Source: Desulfurococcaceae archaeon (lineage in GTDB: Archaea > Thermoproteota > Thermoprotei_A > Sulfolobales > Desulfurococcaceae). From it: 64,000 nucleotides of DNA. Below, one piece after another: positions 46,272-56,487 of the stretch. The stretch is taken from NCBI GenBank assembly GCA_038823915.1, contig JAWBBY010000002.1, positions 49,519 to 113,518 on the forward strand. Reading direction: 5' to 3'. A model generated the notes under the pieces. It had not been told where the DNA came from. It was given only the letters and a program-made list of their open reading frames with translations, and ran no database searches. The position numbers were made by a program, and so were the translations under genes. Position 1 is the first letter of the stretch; each line of letters begins with the position of its first letter.

Positions 46272-47882
46272 TTAACATCTGATAATTCTACGCCAGACTT
46301 CATACTCCGCTAAAAGTATTTTTTCTAAATTCTCATTCAGAGCTATATTGCTCCAAGGAAGTTTCTCTCCAAATCTATAACCTTCAAAAACATATTTAGT
46401 TGAAAACCCCGTTTTTTTCAAAACTCTCCTCCAAGAACCTAAACCACCTCCTTCTAAACCCCACTGTATCAATACATCGCTTATACTCTGGTCGCTCAAC
46501 GATATTGCTGATTGAACCCAAGCATAATTGATCTCATATAATTTTGTATCAACATAACCAGGTAATTCTCTCTTAATATATCTCAATATTTCTCTCGCAC
46601 GAACCAAATTGATCATACCTATCCATTGGAAAACAGTGTGTGGTTTAGGAATTAAGAGATTTAAACTAATCTTAACTTTTACTCCCTTCTCCCTAGCTCT
46701 AGACGCTATCTTCCTTATTGAATCTAACATTACTCTAATATCATCTAAACTCTCGTTTTTGAACCCATACATTAAATACATTTTCACATCAAAACCATGG
46801 TTTATTATTCTATAGATAGAGTTTAGAACGAGGTCTAAATCCATATACTTAGCTATCAATCTCTGAATAGTGGGACACAGATATTCTGGAGCAATAGTTA
46901 AAGATCTCTGACCAGCCTTTTTAATTAAATCGAGAAAATCGTCTTCAACGTATTCTAATCTAAGAGACGGTATGGATACCGAGTATCCATGTTCCGCGAT
47001 GAACTGTATAATCAGTTTTTCAACATTACTTGAAGGGAAAGATAGTGAGTATATGATTACTTTATTTAAATTGTTAGTTAGTAATCCCTGTTCAATGATT
47101 TCTCTTAGTTTACCGAAGCTTCTAGAACGATAAGGTTTGAATAATCTAGATTCCATACAAAACCTACACCAATATCTACAACCCCTGCTAGTCTCAATCA
47201 TAAATCCCTCTCCAAACGGGTGCTCTACATTAACACTACGGAATTGTTTAATAGGATAGAAAGCTGAATCTAGGTCCTCAACGTATCTTCTATATATTTT
47301 CTCATCGGGTTCATCTATTGACGGAACATAAACGTATTCTAAACTAGAGACTTCCTCTAGAAACCTCTTCTTATCGAATCTATTCTCAACCCATTTCTCA
47401 ACAATAGCTGGTAAGGTGACCTCGGCTTCTCCAATAACAGCTACGTCTATTATTTTACTATATGGATGAGGATTACTCATAACAGCTGGACCTCCCGCTA
47501 TTATTGGTTGAGATCTGAATCTATTCCTAGGATCTATGCCGCTACTGTGAAGCATCCATACCAAGTTAGCTATGTCGAGCTCATAGTGTAGACTTGTTAC
47601 TATGAATTCAAAATTTCTTAACGTTGTTTTTGTTTCTAAACTATAGTATGGTCCCTGCTTACTCGACAAATATGTTCTTTCAAGATAAACGTCTTCGAAT
47701 TCTTCATTAATCATGTAGTATATGATATGTGAAGATAAGCTAGCAACCATAGCTTCATATAAACTTGGATATAAATAAACCATTCTAATTGTATTCCGCG
47801 AAACTCTCTTCTTAACCGTATTATACTCTATCATTGGCTGTAACCAATCAAATTTATATTTTGCACATACCTCATTATACAA
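46272..47882 (-). CDS. B12-binding-domain-like radical SAM protein (COG1032 / TIGR03960-like)
   Basis: The N-terminal IRMVYLYPSLYEAMVASLSSHIIYYMINEE..DVYLER resembles the Rossmann-like N-domain of this family. The radical SAM motif is SRGCRYWCRFC. The true start may be an internal Met (M17 or M34). Confidence 0.7.
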   Translation of the reverse strand: MYNEVCAKYKFDWLQPMIEYNTVKKRVSRNTIRMVYLYPSLYEAMVASLSSHIIYYMINEEFEDVYLERTYLSSKQGPYYSLETKTTLRNFEFIVTSLHYELDIANLVWMLHSSGIDPRNRFRSQPIIAGGPAVMSNPHPYSKIIDVAVIGEAEVTLPAIVEKWVENRFDKKRFLEEVSSLEYVYVPSIDEPDEKIYRRYVEDLDSAFYPIKQFRSVNVEHPFGEGFMIETSRGCRYWCRFCMESRLFKPYRSRSFGKLREIIEQGLLTNNLNKVIIYSLSFPSSNVEKLIIQFIAEHGYSVSIPSLRLEYVEDDFLDLIKKAGQRSLTIAPEYLCPTIQRLIAKYMDLDLVLNSIYRIINHGFDVKMYLMYGFKNESLDDIRVMLDSIRKIASRAREKGVKVKISLNLLIPKPHTVFQWIGMINLVRAREILRYIKRELPGYVDTKLYEINYAWVQSAISLSDQSISDVLIQWGLEGGGLGSWRRVLKKTGFSTKYVFEGYRFGEKLPWSNIALNENLEKILLAEYEVWRRIIRC

Positions 47883-47885
47883 ACA

Positions 47886-49127
47886 TTGGTGTTCAGTAAT
47901 ATGGATCCCAGTTATGATAAATACTTAAGTAATGTCACTAAAGAAATTAAAGCATCCGATATTAGAGAACTTCTCGCTGTAATTAGGAAAAAACCTGGAG
48001 TAATAAGTTTTGCAGGAGGATTACCTGATCCAGCGACATTCCCCAAGAAAGAAATTAGTGAATTAGCTAAATACGTTATCGAAGAGAAAGGGGATTTAGC
48101 GCTCCAGTATTCCGAAACGAAAGGTATTTTAGAGGTTAGAGAAGCGTTATCGAAGTTTCTACAAGATACTAAGAACATTAGAGTAGATCCTGAAGATATC
48201 ATTATAACTACGGGTAGTCAGCAAGCAATAGATCTCGTTACGAAAACTTTCATCAACCCTGGAGATATCGTTGTAACAGAAAATCCCACATACTTAGCTT
48301 CCCTAGGTACGTTTAGAATATATGGCGCTAAAGTTCATGGAATCACCATAGATGAGCATGGTATAAAAACGGATCTTTTAGAGAAGGAGATTAGAAGGAT
48401 TAGAAGTGAAGGGGGGAGAATTAAGTTCATATATGTAATACCTGTTGCTCAAAACCCATCAGGAGTTACTATGAGTATTGATAGGAAGAAGCATTTAATG
48501 GAGATTGCTTCAACCCATGATCTAATTATTTTTGAAGACGACCCATATAGCTACTTCATCTACGATGAAGGTGTTGACACGACAATTCTTAAGCAACTGG
48601 ATAAGGAAGGTAGAGTTATATATGTCAGCACTATAAGCAAGATAATGGCTCCAGGAATCAGAATTGGATGGATAGTTTCTCCACCCGAATTAACAAGAAG
48701 ATTCGAATTAGTTAAGCAATACTTAGATCTACATTCACCAACATTAAATCAATATATATTAGCTGAAGCGATCAATAGAGGTTTATTGAAAAACCATATT
48801 TCTAAATTAGCTCCATATTATAGAGTTAAGAGAGACGCTATGATCAAATCTATGGACGAGTACTTCTCCCGCGAAGAAACATGGTATATTAAACCTGTTG
48901 GTGGTCTGTTCCTAATGGTTTATGTTTATAAGAAGGGGTTTGACGCTTCAAATTCGTTACCTATAGCTATCGAGAAGTACGGTGTAGCTTACGTTCCTGG
49001 AGCCAGTTTCCATACTGATGGAACAGGTAGGAATAGTATGAGACTTAACTTCAGCTACCCTAGTGTTGAGAAAATAGTTGAAGGTGTTAAAAGATTAAAT
49101 ATGCTTATTAGAGAAACCGCTGGATGA
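47886..49127 (+). CDS. Class I/II PLP-dependent aminotransferase (aromatic / 2-aminoadipate aminotransferase-like)
   Basis: ISFAGGLPDP..FP, Y....G, NPTY, AQNPSG, EDDPY, the PLP-lysine context YVSTISKIMAPGIRIGW, and R.NFSY. The likely start is ATG 47901. Confidence 0.8.
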   Translation: MVFSNMDPSYDKYLSNVTKEIKASDIRELLAVIRKKPGVISFAGGLPDPATFPKKEISELAKYVIEEKGDLALQYSETKGILEVREALSKFLQDTKNIRVDPEDIIITTGSQQAIDLVTKTFINPGDIVVTENPTYLASLGTFRIYGAKVHGITIDEHGIKTDLLEKEIRRIRSEGGRIKFIYVIPVAQNPSGVTMSIDRKKHLMEIASTHDLIIFEDDPYSYFIYDEGVDTTILKQLDKEGRVIYVSTISKIMAPGIRIGWIVSPPELTRRFELVKQYLDLHSPTLNQYILAEAINRGLLKNHISKLAPYYRVKRDAMIKSMDEYFSREETWYIKPVGGLFLMVYVYKKGFDASNSLPIAIEKYGVAYVPGASFHTDGTGRNSMRLNFSYPSVEKIVEGVKRLNMLIRETAG

Positions 49128-50027
49128 ATCTTCTCTAACTCTTTTTACATTCACGATTACACCTAGATCACGGGGGGGTAGAAGAAGAATAGATTCGCTT
49201 ATATCATTAATTTCAACATAACCTAAAGCTTTCATTAAAGTAGTAGAGATAGAGCTTACTAAACTGTAATTAAATGATTTATCATCGAATGTGGATATAA
49301 TTTTAGCCTCGAACTCCCTCTTCAGAGGCAAGTATTTAAGCATTACATATGAAGATATAATAACATTCCTATAATTTAGCTCGTGAAGCGAATCGTGTAT
49401 GAATGGGAAATCACCATCTGCTACGTAAACTGTTGAGTAAGACTTCGATGTAGCACTAATTGATTCATAAATTTCTAAACCAAGTCTTTTAACGCTTCTC
49501 GGCGGATTTTCACAAACTATAACTGGTTCTTCTCTTCCAGTTTTCTTAAGTACCAACGCTACCGCTATACCAATAATGTTGCATCCCAACACTATAGAAG
49601 GATCTTCTCCCAACTCCACTAAATTTATAGCATGCGAAACGTATGGAATGATCGCGTGAAACGGCTTAGGTTGATTAATGAATCCCCATATATTCTCTGG
49701 AGGTATTGATGCAAAATGAGTTAACAAACCATTCCTCTCTAAACCGATTAAACCATGTCTACTGAATGGTTTTACTATAACAAGTTTCCCGGATAGATCC
49801 CCTCTTCTTCCAGAAGGATCTTCAATAACCTTAGCTACACCTGATGAACCAGGAATAACTGGTTTCTTGGGAAAATACGTATTGCTAAAGAGTTTCTTTT
49901 CGAGAAAACCTAAATATATGAATAGTGGTTTACAGATCATTGAATTAGGTTCGGCTAACGTAAATTCTTCTTCAATAACGTTGATATTCTCCGATACTAG
50001 AACATACTTATTCCTCAAAATAACCAC
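49095..50027 (-). CDS. Hypothetical protein, weakly medium-chain dehydrogenase/reductase-like
   Basis: 310 aa with a GroES-like N-part (PGSSGVAKVIE) and a degenerate Rossmann segment (VLGCNIIGIAVALVLKKTG). No zinc ligands recognised. It overlaps the aminotransferase end convergently. Confidence 0.4.
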   Translation of the reverse strand: MVILRNKYVLVSENINVIEEEFTLAEPNSMICKPLFIYLGFLEKKLFSNTYFPKKPVIPGSSGVAKVIEDPSGRRGDLSGKLVIVKPFSRHGLIGLERNGLLTHFASIPPENIWGFINQPKPFHAIIPYVSHAINLVELGEDPSIVLGCNIIGIAVALVLKKTGREEPVIVCENPPRSVKRLGLEIYESISATSKSYSTVYVADGDFPFIHDSLHELNYRNVIISSYVMLKYLPLKREFEAKIISTFDDKSFNYSLVSSISTTLMKALGYVEINDISESILLLPPRDLGVIVNVKRVREDSSSGFSNKHI

Positions 50028-50126
50028 CCACCATAAACGAATACGTTGTTTTATCTAAAGTTCTAAGCATTAAGTTAATTATGAAATAGTGAAACCAATA
50101 ATTATTCGTTAGAGGTGCTTTAATTT

Positions 50127-50477
50127 TTGATAAAAAATAGAATTCCTGTTCACTGGTTAAGTAAGGAAGCTAGATATAGAATAATAGAGCGTTTACTATC
50201 CACTAGAAGCGTTAAGGAGCTTGCAGAAGAGCTCGGTTTATCTAGAAATGCTATTAGGAAATATATTAATAGAGAAACTCATCCTAGTGATGAAGTAATG
50301 GAGAGAGTCTTCACTATTTTGAGAGATTACGAGATTGAAGCAATAGTATCGATCGTTGTCGACGATCTATTGAAAGCGTTTGAAATGCTATTATCTGCTT
50401 TGAATGAAAGTAGTGACAAATATAGAAAAATAATTGTTGATAAGTTTAGAGAGGCGTATGGAAAAATTGGAGAATAA
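50127..50477 (+). CDS. Small HTH protein
   Basis: SVKELAEELGLSRNAIRKYINRE is a helix-turn-helix. It is the first gene of a co-directional trio and overlaps the next ORF. Confidence 0.5.
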   Translation: MIKNRIPVHWLSKEARYRIIERLLSTRSVKELAEELGLSRNAIRKYINRETHPSDEVMERVFTILRDYEIEAIVSIVVDDLLKAFEMLLSALNESSDKYRKIIVDKFREAYGKIGE

Positions 50478-50847
50478 ATTACCTCCGTTTGCTAACGGAA
50501 GTATTGTTGGCGATTACAAACCACTCTTAAAATACATGGATATTGCTAGAAAAACGTCAACTGGATTAAATAGATTGATTGTACGTGAAGACCTGGATTT
50601 CTTATCAAATCTTATTAGAACTAATGAACGCTTAAACCTATTGGAACTATTGGATTTACTCAAAAATAGGGTTAAAAATAGGATCGATTGTAGTCTAGCT
50701 TCTATAGCTTTTAAAGAAGCTTATGGTGTAGATCTAGGTGATGATGTAGCGTGTTTAAAAATGGCTGAGATCCTTGCAGGCTGGATCATAGAGATTGCTA
50801 AAACACTAGGTATCATCAATATTAGAGAGAGTTGGAGAAATAGTTGA
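50434..50847 (+). CDS. Hypothetical protein
   Basis: 137-aa helical ORF overlapping the previous gene by 44 nt in another frame. An internal start at MEKLENK (50459) is likelier. No family recognised. Confidence 0.45.
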   Translation: MLISLERRMEKLENKLPPFANGSIVGDYKPLLKYMDIARKTSTGLNRLIVREDLDFLSNLIRTNERLNLLELLDLLKNRVKNRIDCSLASIAFKEAYGVDLGDDVACLKMAEILAGWIIEIAKTLGIINIRESWRNS

Positions 50848-50875
50848 GCTGAATATTGAATTCGAGGTTTTAATT

Positions 50876-51643
50876 ATGGGTAGGAATATTTACGTATTGA
50901 AACTAAAAATAGCATCAGAAATACTCAATAAATCCGTTAAGAGAAAAGATCTAAGTAGAGCGAAACTAGTTAAAATCCTTAAAGCATTATATAGGAAATA
51001 CAGGGTTAAACCATTCAAAGGTAAAGCTAATCCACAAGACCTCTATGACAAGGAATTAACAACTCTATACGTTATCGGTAAATATGGTTTAAATCTAGAC
51101 CAGGAGTATCCAGATTTTTTCGAAAACGTTTTCTACATAGAAAGAGTTCTAGATACTTGCATAGATATGATAATGCGTGGTGAATATGAGAAAGCCAGAG
51201 AACTTTTAAGAACAATTTCTCCATCTAATGTCGTCGACAGCAATACTATTGCTAAACTATTGAGAGTACCTTTTACAAAACATATTTTTGGATTCATAGA
51301 TGAAGAAACATTTGCTGAAATACTTGTTAAAACTAAAGAAGCGTTTCCGGAAGAGGATGTTAGCGTAAGAAACTACGTTAGATTCTATATTGCGTTCAGA
51401 GTTGCTGAAGCTATTTCTAAAGGTTTAGTTAAAGACCCTGGTTTTAAAGAAGCTTTGAAGAAATCAATTGGTTTAAGAATAGGTTTTCCAAAAACTATTC
51501 CGAGTGACGAATACATTAGAGTTATTGCGAAAGAAGTTTTTGGCGTTAAAGACGATTTTCTAGATAAAGTATTGGTAAAAATTAGTGGTAAGACAGAATC
51601 TATCGAGAAGAAGGATTCTCCAAAATCTATCGAGAAAAAATGA
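50876..51643 (+). CDS. Hypothetical protein (helical, lysine-rich tail)
   Basis: 255-aa ORF. The C-terminus has a short repeat, ESIEKKDSPKSIEKK. No family assigned with confidence. Confidence 0.5.
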   Translation: MGRNIYVLKLKIASEILNKSVKRKDLSRAKLVKILKALYRKYRVKPFKGKANPQDLYDKELTTLYVIGKYGLNLDQEYPDFFENVFYIERVLDTCIDMIMRGEYEKARELLRTISPSNVVDSNTIAKLLRVPFTKHIFGFIDEETFAEILVKTKEAFPEEDVSVRNYVRFYIAFRVAEAISKGLVKDPGFKEALKKSIGLRIGFPKTIPSDEYIRVIAKEVFGVKDDFLDKVLVKISGKTESIEKKDSPKSIEKK

Positions 51644-51645
51644 AG

Positions 51646-54303
51646 CTAATGTTCTGCAGCGATCTGTACATACTTATCCGGATACTTGTGTTTAAGGTAT
51701 TCAATTACCTGGTCATACAATGTTTTAATCATTCTCCTAATATCCTCCATTAGAACAATATCGGTATATCCATGAACAACTATGTTATGTGCAAATGGAC
51801 TTGGTATTTTCGTTGGTCCAAATACTCTTAAATCTATCTCACCTCTATGTATCTTATTCAGAACTTCTTTAGCAGCATCTATATGCATATAATCTTCAAT
51901 TATCTCTCTATAAGTCTCTTCGAGAACGGGGAAATTACCCAATTCTTCAATAGCTTTTAAAAGTTCTTCAGCATTAATCTGTAGTTTATGAACACTCTTC
52001 TCCGAATCTCTATATTTTCTTAATAACATGAATGACCTAACAGCACAATGTCTAAATCTTCTTTTAAACATTTCGGTTCTACGTATGATCTTTCTCAACA
52101 TATTTTCAATATTGTTTGAATCGATCTTTTTGAATAAACCTATCCAATCAAGATCTTTTTTAACTGGTAATGTGAGCATGAAACCATTATCGGTTACAGT
52201 TATTGCTACGTTAACTCCCAGTTCTTGACCTATAATGTAGCCATAACATCTCGATAAAGCTTCATTAACTCTCCTACCTACTAGGCTGTGAACAATTATA
52301 TTTCTCCTATTTAGCTCATCGAATATTTCAATGAGGAATAATTTATCGCTAGGAACTAGACCACCCGTGAATAAGTATTGTTCATATATGTATTCATAAA
52401 TGGAATTTGCTGTTTTCTCATCAATACTGTAGTTATCCATAAGCCACTTAACAACATCGTTCTTGTTTTCAGAAGATACTTTTTCTGCAACAAGTCTTCT
52501 GAAACGACCAACTTCTATTGCTGAATCGTAAGCTAGCGGTAACATTTCGCTAAACCATATTGGAACGGTTGGTCTAGAACCATCGGCTGGTTTAACGTAT
52601 ACTTTCAATCCCTTACTAGTTATGTATTCGAAAACCCTACCACTAAGTACGAATTTATCTCCAGGAGAGAGATGTTCAACGAATTCTTCCTCGAGATCAC
52701 CAATATATCTACCTTCGATTGTGAAAACATGAGCTTTACTCTCATCAGGTATAACTCCTACATTCTGGTAGTATATCATTCTCGAATTCTTTTTCCTACC
52801 GAAAACCCCTTCTTCATCGTCAAACCATATTTTAGAATATACTCTGGCGTGTTCGAAGTAATCGCCATACATTCCTGCTAAATAACGTATCGTGTTAAGA
52901 AAAGATTCGAAATCTAGATTGTGGAAACTATAGCTTCTCTTAACAACTCTATAAGCATCATATATGTTCCATTTCTTCTCTAAACTCATGCCAACAATGT
53001 GTTGAGCGAGAACGTCAAGAGGATTTCTCGGTATATGAATATTATCTATTTTTCTCTCCAAAGCAAGTTTAGCTAATGTAACGCATTCGATCAAATCATC
53101 TCTATCAACAACAATTATTACGCCTCTACTAGTTTCTCTAATGTGGTGACCAGACCTACCTATTCTTTGAAGTAATCTTGATACGCTCTTAGGAGAACTA
53201 AGTAAAACCACTAAATCTATGTATCCAATATCTATACCAAGCTCTAAACTAGTAGAACTAACAATAACTCTTAACAAACCTTTCTTCAACTTATCCTCTA
53301 TCTCTAACCTAACATCTCTACTTAAACTACTATGATGAGCCTCTATCTCATCCATATCGACAACTCTCTCTTTCTCCATACTCTTACGTAGTTTAAACAC
53401 AACTCTCTCTGTAGCACTACGAGTATTTGTAAAAACCAACATTGTTCTACTATTCATAACGAGTTCTTTCAACTCACTATAAATTCCTTCATTGATTTCT
53501 TCAGCCGAAGCTGTAACTAGATTATTTACTGGTGTAACAACGCTTATCTCAATTGGTTTAGCGAATCTAGCATCAACAATGTAGCAATCCCTTGTCTCAC
53601 CATTATCTCTATATCCAACTAGGAATTTAGCAACCTCCTCTAGAGGAGATACGGTTGCACTCAAACCAATTCTTTGCAACTCTGTACCAGCGAGATACTC
53701 TAATCTCTCTATACTCAATGATAAATGACTCCCTCTCTTACTACTAGCTAATTCGTGTATCTCGTCTACAACAACAACTCTGGTATTCGCGAGTTTCTCT
53801 CTAAATCTCGGAGCATTGAGAGCTATTGCAAGACTCTCCGGTGTTGTAATTAGAATGTGAGGAGGGTCTCTAAGCATTTTCTGCTTCTCGTATGGAGATG
53901 TATCGCTAGTTCTAACGGCGACTTTTATCTCGGGTACTTCGTAACCCATATCTCGAGCTATACTGCTGATCTCGTTCAACGGTTTGATCAGATTTTTAAA
54001 CATATCATTATTCAGCGCTCTCAATGGACTAACATATATGACGTGAACACCCTGTGGAAGCCTACGCGTCTTTTCGTACTCCTCGTAGAGATTATCTATT
54101 AACCCCAAAAATACAGCTAGAGTTTTACCAGTACCCGTAGGGCTGGATACTAATACGTTCATACCGGTTTTAACGAGCGGTATCGACAACCTTTGTGGAG
54201 GAGTGAATGAATTGTAGGTTCTAATAAACCATTCTCTAACATATGGTCTAAGCATACTCAGTATTTCACTATCACTATACTCAACGTTCCAAACCCTAAT
54301 CAC
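51646..54303 (-). CDS. lhr: Lhr-type superfamily-2 ATP-dependent helicase (Lhr-core)
   Basis: Motif I SSPTGTGKT, motif II VVVDEIHE, motif III LSAT, motif VI QRIGRSGH, plus a C-terminal extension of about 400 aa like the DEAD/DEAH-associated domain of Lhr proteins. Confidence 0.8.
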   Translation of the reverse strand: MIRVWNVEYSDSEILSMLRPYVREWFIRTYNSFTPPQRLSIPLVKTGMNVLVSSPTGTGKTLAVFLGLIDNLYEEYEKTRRLPQGVHVIYVSPLRALNNDMFKNLIKPLNEISSIARDMGYEVPEIKVAVRTSDTSPYEKQKMLRDPPHILITTPESLAIALNAPRFREKLANTRVVVVDEIHELASSKRGSHLSLSIERLEYLAGTELQRIGLSATVSPLEEVAKFLVGYRDNGETRDCYIVDARFAKPIEISVVTPVNNLVTASAEEINEGIYSELKELVMNSRTMLVFTNTRSATERVVFKLRKSMEKERVVDMDEIEAHHSSLSRDVRLEIEDKLKKGLLRVIVSSTSLELGIDIGYIDLVVLLSSPKSVSRLLQRIGRSGHHIRETSRGVIIVVDRDDLIECVTLAKLALERKIDNIHIPRNPLDVLAQHIVGMSLEKKWNIYDAYRVVKRSYSFHNLDFESFLNTIRYLAGMYGDYFEHARVYSKIWFDDEEGVFGRKKNSRMIYYQNVGVIPDESKAHVFTIEGRYIGDLEEEFVEHLSPGDKFVLSGRVFEYITSKGLKVYVKPADGSRPTVPIWFSEMLPLAYDSAIEVGRFRRLVAEKVSSENKNDVVKWLMDNYSIDEKTANSIYEYIYEQYLFTGGLVPSDKLFLIEIFDELNRRNIIVHSLVGRRVNEALSRCYGYIIGQELGVNVAITVTDNGFMLTLPVKKDLDWIGLFKKIDSNNIENMLRKIIRRTEMFKRRFRHCAVRSFMLLRKYRDSEKSVHKLQINAEELLKAIEELGNFPVLEETYREIIEDYMHIDAAKEVLNKIHRGEIDLRVFGPTKIPSPFAHNIVVHGYTDIVLMEDIRRMIKTLYDQVIEYLKHKYPDKYVQIAAEH

Positions 54304-54314
54304 GATTTAAACCT

Positions 54315-55760
54315 CTATAACCACTTCTCTCTCCTAACGTTTAAGTAAACATATGCTAATGCAAACATGAATGTAAATCCAGATACAATAACTAATCTCC
54401 GTATTAATAAAGCGATTGTTAAAATTGTGAAGAGCGATGCTAAAATATACTCCGATAACGGTTTAGATACTAGTTTCTTCTCGAACTCTCCTTTAGGTGT
54501 TCTTCTAAATTCTAATGGGTATCCCAGTAGCAATCTCATGATAGATTTCAGGATCGTGTGAGATAAGTAATTATGTATAACGCCAGACCTACCTAGTATA
54601 ACAATTGTTTTCCAAACATTACGTGTGTAACTATGAATTACATGTGCTAAACATAACGAGAATAGTGTGAAACTAATAAACCATGCTGTAGCGAAAGGTA
54701 AGTGTTCTAGAACGAAGTCTTTTCCATAAATAACTGATATTATTGATGAAACCAGAACACCTAGGAAAAATAGTACGGATGATAAGTATTGATTTAGGTA
54801 CAAAGATAGTTCTAGTTTAACTAGTGGATTAATAGGGCTTAAAAACAATCTACGTAAATACTTCTTGAAAGTATATAATGCTCCATAAACCCATCTTTCT
54901 TGTTGTATTTTGAGAGAGGATAACCTATTGGTTACTTCAACTAGAACAACATGATCATCTAAGAATGCAGTTCTACGACCACCCATTATGATTCTTAAAC
55001 CAGCATCTATATCTTCAACAATATTATCCTCACTCCAACCCTTCAATACCTCTCTCACATAATCCCTTCTATATACAGTTCCAGCACCAAGAGTAAATAC
55101 TGGTAATCCTAGTGAGTATCTGCCTCTATATAGAGTATTTACTTCAAACTCCATAACATACCATAGTGTTTCAGAAACTATGGTTTCTCGATTTAAACCC
55201 CTCCACCTAGAAGTAACCGCGACGAATTCTGTGTTCTTCTCTAATAGATCTATAGCTTGAAAAACGAAATCGCTGTTGAAAACGGAATCTATATCGATTA
55301 CCAAAATGTAATCATAACGCGCAAGCCAAAGCGCTGCATTTATAGCTCCAGCTTTAAAACCCCTTCCACCTTCCCTCCACATTAATATGACGTTATCAAC
55401 TCCTCCTCTAGTTTTATCTACAACCTCTCTGATCTTGACGTAGTCGTTGTAATCATCATGCGATACGATAATAAGCTCCCCATATTTACTTAGTTCGGAG
55501 TTAATGAAGTTCTTGATTAGAGCTTCTATCTTATCCATAGGTTCTCCTTTCATTGAAACAAGTATTGAAACACCTTTTCTTGCCGTAGAGCTTTTCACTA
55601 CATTTCCATTTCTATTAACTGATCTCAATCCAGCTAAATAATAGATCACGTATAGAACCTGGTATAGAGTAGCGATTACGAAACATATAATTAGCGCGGC
55701 TGAACCCAATGCTTCCACGATGTTCATGGTATAAACCATCAATATTTTAATGAATAACAA
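54315..55760 (-). CDS. Family 2 glycosyltransferase, processive (cellulose/chitin/hyaluronan-synthase-like) membrane enzyme
   Basis: N-terminal TM helices, GT-A core with VSMKGEP, KAGA.N.AL and VIDIDS (DxD), a QQERW motif (the Q-x-x-R-W of processive beta-glycosyltransferases), and C-terminal TM helices. Confidence 0.8.
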   Translation of the reverse strand: MLFIKILMVYTMNIVEALGSAALIICFVIATLYQVLYVIYYLAGLRSVNRNGNVVKSSTARKGVSILVSMKGEPMDKIEALIKNFINSELSKYGELIIVSHDDYNDYVKIREVVDKTRGGVDNVILMWREGGRGFKAGAINAALWLARYDYILVIDIDSVFNSDFVFQAIDLLEKNTEFVAVTSRWRGLNRETIVSETLWYVMEFEVNTLYRGRYSLGLPVFTLGAGTVYRRDYVREVLKGWSEDNIVEDIDAGLRIIMGGRRTAFLDDHVVLVEVTNRLSSLKIQQERWVYGALYTFKKYLRRLFLSPINPLVKLELSLYLNQYLSSVLFFLGVLVSSIISVIYGKDFVLEHLPFATAWFISFTLFSLCLAHVIHSYTRNVWKTIVILGRSGVIHNYLSHTILKSIMRLLLGYPLEFRRTPKGEFEKKLVSKPLSEYILASLFTILTIALLIRRLVIVSGFTFMFALAYVYLNVRREKWL

Positions 55761-55830
55761 ATGGATAGCATTACAATATGAATACTTTGATAGGAATTAA
55801 TACCGCTACACATATTTAGATAAATTGTAG

Positions 55831-56487
55831 GTGTGTAGATGTATGGTTAAGATCAAGTGGTTTGGACATGCATGTATTGCTGTTATTAGAAGCGATAACT
55901 ACACAATCGTTTTCGACCCCCATGATGGCTATAGTATTGGTTTACGTAAACCAGATGTAGTTGCTGATTTAATTCTTGTTAGCCACGATCACTTCGATCA
56001 TAACGCTGTAAAGAGTGTTTCGAAGAAGGAGAGTAGGGTTTTGAAAGAATTCTTTGGTGAAGTAACTGTTGATAACGTTGTTGTAAAAGGATTTAAAACT
56101 TATCACGATAAAGATGGGGGTAGGAAAAGGGGTTTAAATGCTGTTTATCTTGTTGAAACAGAAGGGTTTAGAATTGCTCATATGGGGGATTTAGGAGATA
56201 CTCCTGAACCCAAGGTTATCGATAGTATTAGGAATGTAGATATTCTCTTCATACCCGTAGGCGGCGTGTATACGGTTGAACCAATTGAAGCAGCAGAAAT
56301 TGTTGATAAAGTTAAACCTAAGAACGTTATGCCCATACACTATTGGATTCCTGGTTTAAGACTACCATTAAGAGAAGTAGGGGATTTCCTAAATTACGTT
56401 AAAGGTTTTGATATCGTTAAACTCGATACTAACGAGTTCCTACTAGAACAGTATAGTGGTAAATTAATTGTAGCAAAATATGTTTAA
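55831..56487 (+). CDS. Metallo-beta-lactamase-fold hydrolase (UPF0173-like)
   Basis: IKWFGHACIAV, FDPH, VSHDHFDHN and HMGDLG motifs. The likely start is ATG 55843 (MVKIKW). Confidence 0.7.
   Translation: MCRCMVKIKWFGHACIAVIRSDNYTIVFDPHDGYSIGLRKPDVVADLILVSHDHFDHNAVKSVSKKESRVLKEFFGEVTVDNVVVKGFKTYHDKDGGRKRGLNAVYLVETEGFRIAHMGDLGDTPEPKVIDSIRNVDILFIPVGGVYTVEPIEAAEIVDKVKPKNVMPIHYWIPGLRLPLREVGDFLNYVKGFDIVKLDTNEFLLEQYSGKLIVAKYV

Noticed and set aside
34715-47882. Three radical SAM genes within 13 kb, considered as a possible RiPP or cofactor maturation cluster.
   Set aside because: They belong to different subfamilies (AmmeMemoRadiSam, COG2100-like, B12-domain-like) and are separated by unrelated housekeeping operons. 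None is adjacent to the PqqD-like gene or to a small precursor-like ORF.
47835-47900. Apparent 3-nt spacer between the divergent genes 46272..47882 (-) and 47886..49127 (+), which would leave no room for promoters.
   Set aside because: This is probably an artefact of longest-ORF start calls. Internal starts (Met17 or Met34 of the radical SAM protein, ATG 47901 of the aminotransferase) fit the family N-termini better and restore a normal spacer of about 65-115 nt.
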